Positions 1 through 7,651 of a stretch of 38,186 nt of DNA are shown one piece after another. The stretch lies in contig JAAZWY010000002.1 of the NCBI GenBank assembly GCA_014240455.1, forward strand, positions 1 to 38,186, read 5' to 3'. The translations under genes and the position numbers were made by a program. This DNA comes from Nanobdellota archaeon (GTDB lineage: Archaea > Nanobdellota > Nanobdellia > UBA10117 > ARS21). Within the stretch, counting starts at the first letter, position 1, and every line of letters begins with the position of its first letter. The notes beneath the pieces are model-generated. The model saw only the letters and a list, made by a program, of their open reading frames with translations, did no database searches and was not told where the DNA came from.

Positions 1-115
1 CGCCACGCTTTTTTATGTGTGTTATCTAATATAAAGATTTCCTCATCCTGGCTGAATTGTTTTTCAGCAGACTGATAGAATTCTCATTATTATATTAGTG
101 ATGCGTTGTAATCTC

Positions 116-262
116 ATGGACTTAGTGACTCCGACATGGGTAACTGCATTGAGAGGTATTGGTGTAGTTTGTAATATTTACAGTATGGCCAAAGTCAGCG
201 ATGATGTCATTGAAGGTCTGGAAGAAAAAATGGGATGGAGACAAAGAAGAAAATTGGAATAA
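116..262 (+). CDS. possible small protein (48 aa, one hydrophobic segment), unverified
   Basis: ORF below the track cutoff: MDLVTPTWVTALRGIGVVCNIYSMAKVSDDVIEGLEEKMGWRQRRKLE. A TATA-like attatatt (87-94) is centred ~25 nt upstream of this ATG, the spacing seen for most genes here. An alternative ATG is at 101. Confidence 0.3.
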   Translation: MDLVTPTWVTALRGIGVVCNIYSMAKVSDDVIEGLEEKMGWRQRRKLE

Positions 263-335
263 GATTTATGCGCAGATTCAAGCGTTTTTTAAGAATAAGA
301 AAATTGGCGAATTTTATTTTGAGGTTGAAGATTGA

Positions 336-596
336 TTATTTGTTATGCTTTCGCTTTGCGCTTGAAGCTCGTCCTCTAATGGACTTTTGAGCAAGTTTTG
401 AAAGATTTCGTCCTTTCATGAACCCGAATTTTCTTTTAGCTTGCCAAGAAAATCTTCGAATGCCTTTAGTTGCACCAAATCCACAAGATGCACATTCTTT
501 GTGTTGTGCGTGATAAGTGTGTTGACCACAACGTCTACAAATTACGTGTGTCTTTTTTCCTGAACGCTTACCTTTGGATGGTGTTCCTTTTGACAT
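336..596 (-). CDS. rpl37e: 50S ribosomal protein L37e (eL37)
   Basis: 86-aa basic ORF with GTPSKGKR N-terminus and a C4 zinc ribbon (CRRCG...CASCG) typical of eL37. It lies directly downstream of an Sm-like gene, the conserved archaeal LSm-L37e pair. Confidence 0.93.
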   Translation of the reverse strand: MSKGTPSKGKRSGKKTHVICRRCGQHTYHAQHKECASCGFGATKGIRRFSWQAKRKFGFMKGRNLSKLAQKSIRGRASSAKRKHNK

Positions 597-616
597 GGTA
601 TGAGTTATTTGTTTTC

Positions 617-624
617 TTTAAAAA
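617..624 (-). promoter_or_regulatory. TATA box for rpl37e
   Basis: tttttaaa on the - strand, centred ~24 nt upstream of ATG 596. Confidence 0.5.
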
Positions 625-629
625 ATTAT

Positions 630-827
630 CTAATTGATGTAAGTTACCATATCTCCTCGTACGAAGATTTGGCCAATTTTATCAGATCCAGCAGTTGCTT
701 CACTTAATACAACATTTGTGTGGATATCAAAAGCTTCTAGCTTTCCAGTTAACTTTGTTCCATCTTTAAGGAGAACATTTACTTCTTTTCCTTTAAGTGC
801 GTTTAATGCGTCTAATGGTCGTTCCAT
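630..827 (-). CDS. Sm-like archaeal protein (LSm/SmAP)
   Basis: 65 aa with an Sm1/Sm2-like pattern (VNVLLKDGTKLTGKLEAFDIHTNVVL ... IFVRGDMVTYI). Adjacent to rpl37e. Confidence 0.88.
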   Translation of the reverse strand: MERPLDALNALKGKEVNVLLKDGTKLTGKLEAFDIHTNVVLSEATAGSDKIGQIFVRGDMVTYIN

Positions 828-848
828 GATTGAGTATTAATGGAAACA

Positions 849-856
849 TATTTAAA
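849..856. promoter_or_regulatory. single palindromic TATA box apparently shared by divergent LSm (-) and rps8e (+)
   Basis: tatttaaa is centred 25.5 nt from ATG 827 (-) and 25.5 nt from ATG 878 (+). The intergenic region is only 50 nt and holds no second TATA-like element at a usable distance. Confidence 0.55.
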
Positions 857-877
857 CCCTTTTTTGTAGTTAGTTTT

Positions 878-1258
878 ATGGCACAATCCAATGTTAGATC
901 ACGAAGAAAGGCAACAGGTGGACGATATAGTAAGATGTATCGTAAAAAGAAAGTTCGTGATATGATGGGCCAACCAATTCTTACAAAAATCACTGAGGAA
1001 CTTAAATCTAAACTTAGACGAGTTCGTGGTGGAAATAAAATTACCTCATTAGTTGGAGCAAATTATGCAAATGTTAGTGATGGAAAGAAGACTAAGAAGG
1101 TTAAAATAAAGACTGTTTTAGAGAATCCAGCAAGTCGACACTTTGTTCGGCAAAATGTTGTAACTATGGGTTCAATTATTGATACTGCTGCTGGAAAGGC
1201 CAGAGTAACTTCAAGACCTTCAAAAGACAACATTGTAAATGCTGTTTTGGTTAAATAA
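878..1258 (+). CDS. rps8e: 30S ribosomal protein S8e (eS8)
   Basis: MAQSNVRSRRKATGGRY... is the canonical eS8 N-terminus and the C-terminus is ...GKARVTSRPSKDNIVNAVLV. The track ORF starts at 830, but the TATA box at 849-856 sits ~25 nt upstream of ATG 878. Confidence 0.9.
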   Translation: MAQSNVRSRRKATGGRYSKMYRKKKVRDMMGQPILTKITEELKSKLRRVRGGNKITSLVGANYANVSDGKKTKKVKIKTVLENPASRHFVRQNVVTMGSIIDTAAGKARVTSRPSKDNIVNAVLVK

Positions 1259-1261
1259 ATT

Positions 1262-1269
1262 CTTTTATA
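1262..1269 (+). promoter_or_regulatory. TATA box for dcd
   Basis: cttttata, centred 25.5 nt upstream of ATG 1291. Confidence 0.55.
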
Positions 1270-1290
1270 GTTTTTACGAAATTCGTAACT

Positions 1291-1851
1291 ATGACTTTGT
1301 CTGATGGAACTATTAAGGAATATTTGGATTCTGGTAAAATAGTTATTGATCCGATTGAGCCTAATCAAATTCAACCTGCTTCTGTTGATTTGACTCTTGA
1401 CTCTAATTTCTTAATTGTTGATGATTTATCTGGAGAATTGATTTCAATGAAGGATAAAATTAAGTATCGTAAACTTGAAACAGGTTCTATTGTAATTCCA
1501 CCAAAATCTTTTATTCTTGCTACCTCTCGTGAGACAATTAAAATTCCAAATGATCTAGTTGCTTTTGTTGAGGGACGGAGTTCAGTTGGGCGAATGGGTT
1601 TGTTTATTCAGAATGCTGGGTGGGTTGATCCTGGCTTTGAGGGACAGATTACTCTTGAATTGTTTAACGCAAATCAAGTTCCAATTAGAGTTGATGCAGG
1701 TCGTCGTATTTGCCAGTTAGTATTTTCTAAGTTGGATAAACCTGCGGATAAACCTTATTCTGGAAAATACAAAGGACAGAAAGGAACAACGGGAAGTAGA
1801 GTTTATTTGGATGAAGAAGTTGAGGCTGAGTTGGATTCTGGTACTCCGTAA
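1291..1851 (+). CDS. dcd: dCTP deaminase (dUTPase superfamily)
   Basis: 186 aa. Contains IQPASVDLTL, GRSSVGRMGL and the GW.DPGFEG.ITLEL motifs typical of Dcd/dUTPase-fold enzymes. Confidence 0.9.
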   Translation: MTLSDGTIKEYLDSGKIVIDPIEPNQIQPASVDLTLDSNFLIVDDLSGELISMKDKIKYRKLETGSIVIPPKSFILATSRETIKIPNDLVAFVEGRSSVGRMGLFIQNAGWVDPGFEGQITLELFNANQVPIRVDAGRRICQLVFSKLDKPADKPYSGKYKGQKGTTGSRVYLDEEVEAELDSGTP

Positions 1852-1861
1852 TTTAGGTATT

Positions 1862-1869
1862 CTTATAAA
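1862..1869 (+). promoter_or_regulatory. TATA box for the 1891-3478 gene pair
   Basis: cttataaa, centred 25.5 nt upstream of ATG 1891. Confidence 0.55.
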
Positions 1870-1890
1870 TCCGGAAATTTCGAGAATTAT

Positions 1891-3066
1891 ATGACAAATC
1901 CGCAAGAGCCAATTGGTGCTGAAGAGTATCATTATGAAGTTAAGGTAATTGGGGACTCTAATATTTTTGGACAACATGATGGTGGAGGTAGTGAAGGTCT
2001 TGCAGGAGTAAGAAATCTTTTGTATTCTAAAGTCGGGAAAGATAATGTAAAATCTCATACTCATTCTAACCCCCCTCATTGGAAGATTAAGATTCGAGAC
2101 GAACATGTTGGAGCTCTTGAATCTTTTGTAAAGAAAGAAAGTGGACTTACTTTTGAGAAATGTACATTTCAATTTAAAGGAATTTCCATAAAAGATCCTT
2201 CGCTAATTGATTATCTATTGTCTTCAGATAAGCGAGTTGATGCTTTAGAAGACAGAAATTCTGAACTAATTCGTTATGTTGAATCTCTCGAAACAGATTA
2301 TGATCAGTTAAAGGATGAGCATGGTCACTTGGAGAAAGATCATACTCGTGTTGAACGTAAATTGTCTGAAGCTCGTCAGGCTGCAAACGTTCCAATATAC
2401 GTCGCTCCTCAAGATGATTCTACGAAGGAACGTACATCTAAACTCTATAATGAGGTAGTTAGTTTGGAAAAAAGATTGTCTGAAGCCAAGAAACTAAGTA
2501 GGAACGTATTGAGACTTGCTGAACTTGATCGAGATTATTGTGAAGGAATTGTTGAGACTCAGAAATTGTATTCTGCCGCAGGTGCTGATTTTGATCAGAA
2601 AGATCTTGAATATTATACTGCTAAGGAATTGTTGAAAAATGAGTTTGGTTATGAATCAATTACTAAATTAGTTAAGGAAAAGAATCATATTGATCGTAGA
2701 ATTTCTCCAATTTGTAATTTTACTCAAGCAGAGTTTGAAGGTACTTTAATTAATGATGAAATTCCCTTTGATGAGTTTTTAGTCAGAGGCATGAACTTAT
2801 TTGATGAAACTTCTGATGACTATCTGACTCGTCGAGAACGTACTGATTTCTTTGGAAAAGATTTGGGAAATAGACTGAGAGATCATTTTGCTGCAATTCG
2901 TTCTTTCAAAGAACGTGGAGATGACTATGACAAATTTCAAAAGAAATCTATCTTGCTTGAACGAATAAGATTGGCTTATGAGTCGCATTCTGATGCTCAA
3001 GAAACAAAGGATGATCGGGAGCGAGTTGGTAAAAGAGTACATAAGAGGTTGAATCAAGATGACTAA
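1891..3066 (+). CDS. hypothetical protein, central coiled coil
   Basis: 391-aa ORF with a TATA box (1862-1869) ~25 nt upstream. Charged heptad-like segments span roughly aa 110-200. I recognise no motif. Confidence 0.6.
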   Translation: MTNPQEPIGAEEYHYEVKVIGDSNIFGQHDGGGSEGLAGVRNLLYSKVGKDNVKSHTHSNPPHWKIKIRDEHVGALESFVKKESGLTFEKCTFQFKGISIKDPSLIDYLLSSDKRVDALEDRNSELIRYVESLETDYDQLKDEHGHLEKDHTRVERKLSEARQAANVPIYVAPQDDSTKERTSKLYNEVVSLEKRLSEAKKLSRNVLRLAELDRDYCEGIVETQKLYSAAGADFDQKDLEYYTAKELLKNEFGYESITKLVKEKNHIDRRISPICNFTQAEFEGTLINDEIPFDEFLVRGMNLFDETSDDYLTRRERTDFFGKDLGNRLRDHFAAIRSFKERGDDYDKFQKKSILLERIRLAYESHSDAQETKDDRERVGKRVHKRLNQDD

Positions 3067-3478
3067 ATTTGAAAAAGACTTGGAATATTTTGTATCTGGT
3101 GAAGGTAGAAATGATATTGATAATTTGGTTAATCTAAGAAATAGATTATTAGTAAATCCTGCAGATTTAAGAATAGGTTTATCTGAACTTGTTGTATTTG
3201 ATATGGAAAACATGACGATTCATTATTCTCCGGATAGTGATTTTGATGGTGGGAGTGATATTGCATATACTTTATGTTCCGATCATAATGGTAGGCTTTC
3301 GAGAGATCTTGATGTTTGGTTAATTTTAGATAATTGGATTAATTATTCTGAATCAAACTTGAAAGAAGTATATACTTTCTTGGAAGATCATGATGTTGAC
3401 CCTGACGTCGTTGGTGAGTTAATTGAGAAACGGATTGAAGATATTTATTCAAAGAACGTGGATGAGTCCGAAGTTTAA
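3059..3478 (+). CDS. hypothetical acidic protein
   Basis: 139-aa ORF. Its start overlaps the upstream stop by 8 nt (ATGACTAA), which implies translational coupling. No recognisable motif. Confidence 0.55.
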   Translation: MTKFEKDLEYFVSGEGRNDIDNLVNLRNRLLVNPADLRIGLSELVVFDMENMTIHYSPDSDFDGGSDIAYTLCSDHNGRLSRDLDVWLILDNWINYSESNLKEVYTFLEDHDVDPDVVGELIEKRIEDIYSKNVDESEV

Positions 3479-3486
3479 TCAATAAG

Positions 3487-3494
3487 TTTTTAAA
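3487..3494 (+). promoter_or_regulatory. TATA box for rpl35ae
   Basis: tttttaaa, centred 25.5 nt upstream of ATG 3516. Confidence 0.55.
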
Positions 3495-3515
3495 CCAATC
3501 AGATAAACTAATCGT

Positions 3516-3776
3516 ATGAAAGCAGTTATTTCAAATTACCGAGGATCACACAATACTCAAGTCAATAATCAGATGATTGTTCTGCCTGAAGGTGTTTCTA
3601 CTCGAGAGGATGCTGCAAAGATTGAAGGTAAGAAAGCAATTTGGACAACTTCATCCGGTAAAACAATTGAAGGAATTGTTACAAAACCACACGGAAACAA
3701 AGGTGCCGTTAGAGTACGATTTGATCAAGGTGGACTACCTGGACAAGCATTAGGAACTTCTTTAGAGATTAAATAA
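3516..3776 (+). CDS. rpl35ae: 50S ribosomal protein L35Ae (eL33)
   Basis: 86 aa. GKTIEGIVTKPHGNKGAVRVRFDQGGLPGQALG matches the eL33 C-terminal signature (HGN.G.VRA.F...LP..A.G). Confidence 0.88.
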   Translation: MKAVISNYRGSHNTQVNNQMIVLPEGVSTREDAAKIEGKKAIWTTSSGKTIEGIVTKPHGNKGAVRVRFDQGGLPGQALGTSLEIK

Positions 3777-3867
3777 ATCCATAACGCTTTTATGTGAGTA
3801 TCACGACTTGAAACTGTACCTATCAAAAATTATAGTATTACTTCTTAGGGATAACACATCGATAAAC

Positions 3868-3875
3868 TTTTAAAG
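3868..3875 (+). promoter_or_regulatory. TATA box for ORF 3896-4201
   Basis: ttttaaag, centred ~24.5 nt upstream of the ATG. Confidence 0.5.
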
Positions 3876-3895
3876 AAAATTAGAGTTTAATTAGT

Positions 3896-4201
3896 ATGGT
3901 CAAACGAGTTAAATTCGAAGACAAGTTAGCAGTAATTCGTGTAAAAAAGACCTATGCTGCACCGTTTTTGAAATATAAGTACGTTTATTTGAAGCGAAAT
4001 GATATTTCTACAAGGAATAAGTTCAAAGGCTTGATAGACAACGTATGCCATAGCTGGCCATCTGATGTTTACATGTTGAAACACCCGACTGGAAAGGTTT
4101 TTGCTAGATTTAGAGTTTCTGAAGGGAAAATGACTTTGTTATACAAGACGTCTCCTGCAACAGGAAATTTGTATCCAATTTGGGATTATTTTAAAGAGTA
4201 A
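3896..4201 (+). CDS. hypothetical protein
   Basis: 101-aa basic ORF with a TATA box (3868-3875) ~25 nt upstream of the ATG. No recognised motif. Confidence 0.5.
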   Translation: MVKRVKFEDKLAVIRVKKTYAAPFLKYKYVYLKRNDISTRNKFKGLIDNVCHSWPSDVYMLKHPTGKVFARFRVSEGKMTLLYKTSPATGNLYPIWDYFKE

Positions 4202-4204
4202 TTG

Positions 4205-4212
4205 ATTTAAAT
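4205..4212 (+). promoter_or_regulatory. TATA box for trm1
   Basis: atttaaat, centred ~24.5 nt upstream of ATG 4233. Confidence 0.5.
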
Positions 4213-4232
4213 TCTCTTAGTGAATTGTTCTC

Positions 4233-5309
4233 ATGGAGTTAATCAAAATTACTGAAGGTCAGACTAAATTATGGGTTCCTGATGCTGAGAAGTATAAGTT
4301 AGACTCCAAAATGCCCGTTTTCTTTAATCAAGTTATGCGCTTGAATCGAGATATTACGGTTGATATTGTTAAAACTCTCGACAAACCGAAGTCTTTGGAT
4401 TTATTGGCTGGAACTGGTGCAAAAGGTCTTCGCTTGGCTGTTGAGGCCAATTCCAAAGTTGATTTGAACGATGCAAATCCCTCTGCTGCAAAGTTAATTA
4501 AAAGGAATGCTAAACTGAATAAAGTTAGTGTTGAAGTGTTTAATGATAGCGCAAATAAATTGTTGAGAAAATCTCGACGAACTTATGATTTTATTGATGT
4601 TGATCCTTTTGGCACACCAGTTCCTTTCTTACAGGAAAGTATTGCTCATTTGAGAAAAGGCGGAATACTTGGGGTGACTGCAACTGATACTTCTGCTTTG
4701 TGTGGAACTTATCCAAAAGCTTGTATGAGAAAATATGAATCTTTGAATAGAAAAACTCAGATGATGTTCGAAATTGGAACTCGTATTTTGATAAAGAAAG
4801 TTGTGTCTGAAGGTTTGAATATGGGCGTTGCTCTTGAGCCAGTTTTTGTTCATAGCTCCAATCATTACATGCGAGTTTATTTGAGAAGAGTTGAGAACTT
4901 GAGAAAGATTCGAAAGAACTTGAAGTTTTTGTTTCTTTGTTCTGATTGCTTTACTTGGAAGTTTGAAGATAAGCTACCTGAAACAAAAGTTAGATGTGGT
5001 TGTGGAACTTATAGTGAAGTTTTGGGTCCTCTTTGGACTGGCAGTTTGTATGACAAGAAATTACTGAAACAAATGTCTGATTCAAACAAAACTGTTCAGA
5101 AAATCAAAGAAGAAGTTGATGTATTTGGATATTATGATTATCATATGATGTCGAAGAAACTTGAAGACGTTGGAGAACTACCTAAAATGGATGTTATTAT
5201 TGAAAAAATTCGTAAGAAAGGTTTCAAAGCAAGTAGAACTCATTTCTCTCCAACTGGAATTAAAACTAATTTACCTGCCAAGAGTTTTTTAAGATTGCTT
5301 TATTCTTGA
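4233..5309 (+). CDS. trm1: tRNA (guanine26-N2)-dimethyltransferase Trm1
   Basis: 358 aa. Contains FFNQVMRLNRD, the SAM-binding DLLAGTGAKGLR, DVDPFGTP and a C-terminal Cys cluster (CSDC...CGCG), matching archaeal Trm1. Confidence 0.88.
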   Translation: MELIKITEGQTKLWVPDAEKYKLDSKMPVFFNQVMRLNRDITVDIVKTLDKPKSLDLLAGTGAKGLRLAVEANSKVDLNDANPSAAKLIKRNAKLNKVSVEVFNDSANKLLRKSRRTYDFIDVDPFGTPVPFLQESIAHLRKGGILGVTATDTSALCGTYPKACMRKYESLNRKTQMMFEIGTRILIKKVVSEGLNMGVALEPVFVHSSNHYMRVYLRRVENLRKIRKNLKFLFLCSDCFTWKFEDKLPETKVRCGCGTYSEVLGPLWTGSLYDKKLLKQMSDSNKTVQKIKEEVDVFGYYDYHMMSKKLEDVGELPKMDVIIEKIRKKGFKASRTHFSPTGIKTNLPAKSFLRLLYS

Positions 5310-6277
5310 ATTCTTAATTCTTCTTCAGGTTCATCGACTTGACCCATGGCCAATCTTTCAGCTTCTCGCTTATTCTTTGCTTCTTCGATTAGCGGATCTA
5401 GATTTAGCTTTTCAATCATTTCCTTATACCTGTTTCGAATTGTAACTTCTGTTACTCCAACTACGTCTGCGATTTCTCTTTGAGTTCGCTTTTCTCCAGT
5501 AATTAGAGATGCTACGTAAAGTGCAGCTGCAGCAAGTCCTGTTGGACCTCTACCTGAAGTTAATTCAGATGTTTGTGCAATTTCTAAAATCTTTTGAGCT
5601 TGTGTTTGTGTTTCTGCTGAGAATCCAAGCTTGTTTGCAAATTTTGGAATGTATTCTCCAGCTCCGCTTGGAGCCATCTTAATACCTAATTCTCTTGCAA
5701 TAAATCTATATGTTTTACCAACATCTCTCTTGTTGTTGTTTGTTAGTTGGCAAACTTCGTTCAAAGATCTTGGAAGTTTGAATTGTCTTGAAGCGATGTA
5801 AATTGCTCCGACTACAACACATTCCATAGAACGTCCTCGAACTAATCCTTTTTCAACAGCCATTCTGTAAATTCTAGCTGCTTCTTCCTCAATAGTTGGA
5901 GGAATGTTTAGTAAAGATGAAATTCTCTTAAGATCTGCTAAAGCGTACTTTAGATTTCTTTCGAGAGATGTTGAAGATCTATTATGCCACTTTCTTAGTC
6001 GCAAATATTTTCTTCGATCTTTAACTGATAATTTATACACTTCAGAACTTGTACCTACTTCAGTACCTGTTCCCATGTCGTGCTTTGCATAACTTGATGG
6101 TGCTCCAGATCGTCTTTCATTTTGGCCTTCTCCGGAGAATTCTCTCCATTCTTGACCTTGATCGATCATGTTTTCGTCCATAACGAAACCACAGCTGTTA
6201 CAGACTATTTCTCCTCGTTTTTTGTCTACAGAAAGTTTTGTGCCTTGGCACTCTGGGCATGATTTTTTAGTTACCAT
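5300..6277 (-). CDS. tfb: transcription initiation factor TFB (TFIIB homologue)
   Basis: N-terminal zinc ribbon CPECQG...CNSCG, a B-reader/linker, two cyclin-fold repeats and an HTH region (QREIADVVGVTEVTIRNRYKE). There is a short acidic C-terminal extension. Confidence 0.95.
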   Translation of the reverse strand: MVTKKSCPECQGTKLSVDKKRGEIVCNSCGFVMDENMIDQGQEWREFSGEGQNERRSGAPSSYAKHDMGTGTEVGTSSEVYKLSVKDRRKYLRLRKWHNRSSTSLERNLKYALADLKRISSLLNIPPTIEEEAARIYRMAVEKGLVRGRSMECVVVGAIYIASRQFKLPRSLNEVCQLTNNNKRDVGKTYRFIARELGIKMAPSGAGEYIPKFANKLGFSAETQTQAQKILEIAQTSELTSGRGPTGLAAAALYVASLITGEKRTQREIADVVGVTEVTIRNRYKEMIEKLNLDPLIEEAKNKREAERLAMGQVDEPEEELRIQE

Positions 6278-6415
6278 TTTAAGTGTATTAACTCATCGAG
6301 GGTACGACAAGCTTTATAACACTATGCTCAACCGCGTTTATAAATGTTGTGAAATGTGGCGTTCTGAGCGTCCTACTGAGGTCTCTTTTAACGCCTCGTT
6401 TTGCCATTAGCAACT

Positions 6416-6423
6416 TTTATAAA
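6416..6423 (+). promoter_or_regulatory. TATA box for the rps12-rps7-rps6e operon
   Basis: tttataaa, centred ~28 nt upstream of ATG 6448. Confidence 0.55.
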
Positions 6424-6447
6424 CCCATGAGAAAAAGGGATACGTAC

Positions 6448-6891
6448 ATGGGAAATAAGTCTCGAGGACTAAATGCTGGAAAGAAATTATCCAAGCGTAG
6501 AAAGAAGTTCAGATGGGCAGACAAGTGGTATACACGAAGAGCTCTTGGACTAAAAGTTAAATCAGATCCTTTGAAAGGAAGTCCACAAGCACGAGCAATC
6601 GTTCTTGAAAAGAGACAAGTAGAAGCTAAGCAACCTAACTCTGCTTTGCGAAAAGCTGCTCGAGTTCAATTAATTAAAAATGGAAGACAAGTTACAGTTT
6701 TCCTTCCAGGAAATCTTGCAAGTAAGTTTATCGATGAACACGATGAAATTATGATTGAAGGAATGGGAGGTCACATGGGTAAATCTAAAGGTGATATTCC
6801 AAATATCCGATGGCAAGCATTCAAAGTTAATAGACAATCTCTACCTCAACTAGTAAAAGGTAAGGTAGAAAAGACAATTGGTAGAAAATAA
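6448..6891 (+). CDS. rps12: 30S ribosomal protein S12 (uS12)
   Basis: [45 protein letters not shown] is the uS12 core. The track ORF starts at 6349, but the TATA box tttataaa (6416-6423) sits ~28 nt upstream of ATG 6448. Confidence 0.94.
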   Translation: MGNKSRGLNAGKKLSKRRKKFRWADKWYTRRALGLKVKSDPLKGSPQARAIVLEKRQVEAKQPNSALRKAARVQLIKNGRQVTVFLPGNLASKFIDEHDEIMIEGMGGHMGKSKGDIPNIRWQAFKVNRQSLPQLVKGKVEKTIGRK

Positions 6892-6892
6892 A

Positions 6893-7651
6893 ATGGCTGA
6901 AAAAACAACTAATACAATAAAAGAAAAACCTGCTAAGGTTGAAAAGACTGAGAAAGTTGAAAAACCTGCTAAGGTTGAAAAGCCAAAGAAAGAATCTAAA
7001 CCAAAGAAAATTATTGCTAAATTGAATCCTTTCCAACAAAATATTAAAAATATGAAAATGTTTGGAAGATGGACTACTCAGGATGTTATTGTTTCAGATC
7101 CAGGTCTGAAAGCTTATATGAATCTTGATCCAATATTAGTTCCGACTTCTCTTGGAAGATTTACTGCAAAACAATTCTGGAAATCTAAAAGACCAATTAT
7201 TGAAAGACTTATGATCCGAATGTTTGTTGCAGGACACCGAGGTAAAAAACACGTTAGAACTTCTGGACACATGACTGGAAAGAAAATTAATGCTTACAAT
7301 GTTATAATTAGAACTTTTGAAATCCTTGAAGAAAAAACAAAAGGAAATCCGGTTCAAGCAGTTGTTGATGCTATTGAAGCAGCATCACCTCGAGAAGGAA
7401 TTACAACTATTGAATACGGTGGAGTTAGATATCCTCGTTCAGTAGATTTAAGTCCTCAAAAGAGAATTGACTTAGCTTTGAGATGGATTACTCAAGGTGC
7501 TTACGATAAGATGGTAAAATCAAAAGGTAAGAAAAGGATTGAACAAACTTTGGCAGAACAAATTCTAGCAACAATCAATTATGATCAGCAAGCTTCATTT
7601 GCATACTCAAAGAAGTATGATTTAGAAAGACAAGCTAAGGCAGCAAGATAA
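6893..7651 (+). CDS. rps7: 30S ribosomal protein S7 (uS7) with a probable ~53-aa Lys-rich N-terminal extension
   Basis: The canonical uS7 starts at MKMFGRWTTQDVIVSDPGLKAYMNL (ATG 7052). The frame stays open back to ATG 6893, one nt after the rps12 stop, and encodes KPAKVEK repeats. The true start is therefore either 6893 or 7052. Confidence 0.88.
   Translation: MAEKTTNTIKEKPAKVEKTEKVEKPAKVEKPKKESKPKKIIAKLNPFQQNIKNMKMFGRWTTQDVIVSDPGLKAYMNLDPILVPTSLGRFTAKQFWKSKRPIIERLMIRMFVAGHRGKKHVRTSGHMTGKKINAYNVIIRTFEILEEKTKGNPVQAVVDAIEAASPREGITTIEYGGVRYPRSVDLSPQKRIDLALRWITQGAYDKMVKSKGKKRIEQTLAEQILATINYDQQASFAYSKKYDLERQAKAAR
6923..6982 (+). repeat. 24-nt exact direct repeat (6923-6946 and 6959-6982), period 36 nt, inside the rps7 5' extension
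   Basis: gaaaaacctgctaaggttgaaaag occurs twice and encodes EKPAKVEK. Confidence 0.9.

Noticed and set aside
1-20. GC-rich cgccacgc followed by an oligo-T run at the left window edge (possible 3' end and terminator of an upstream RNA gene)
   Set aside because: Only 8 nt of the putative gene are visible, so it cannot be evaluated from this window.
830-877. 16-codon upstream extension of rps8e
   Set aside because: It would place the only available TATA box (849-856) inside the ORF. The canonical eS8 N-terminus begins at ATG 878.
793-993. 66-aa - strand ORF spanning the LSm start and the rps8e 5' end
   Set aside because: It overlaps two well-supported genes and the shared promoter. Its composition is not protein-like.
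1717-2172. 151-aa - strand ORF overlapping the dcd 3' end and ORF1891
   Set aside because: It is antisense to two ORFs that have proper promoters. Its Phe/Ile/Ser-rich composition is typical of spurious AT-rich frames.
5904-6410. Two + strand ORFs (62 and 80 aa) antisense to tfb and its promoter region
   Set aside because: They lie inside or against the very well-supported TFB gene and have no independent signals.
6349-6447. N-terminal 33-codon extension of rps12 suggested by the ORF track
   Set aside because: The extension ([12 protein letters not shown]...) is not uS12-like. The TATA box at 6416-6423 would fall inside it. ATG 6448 gives the canonical uS12 N-terminus.
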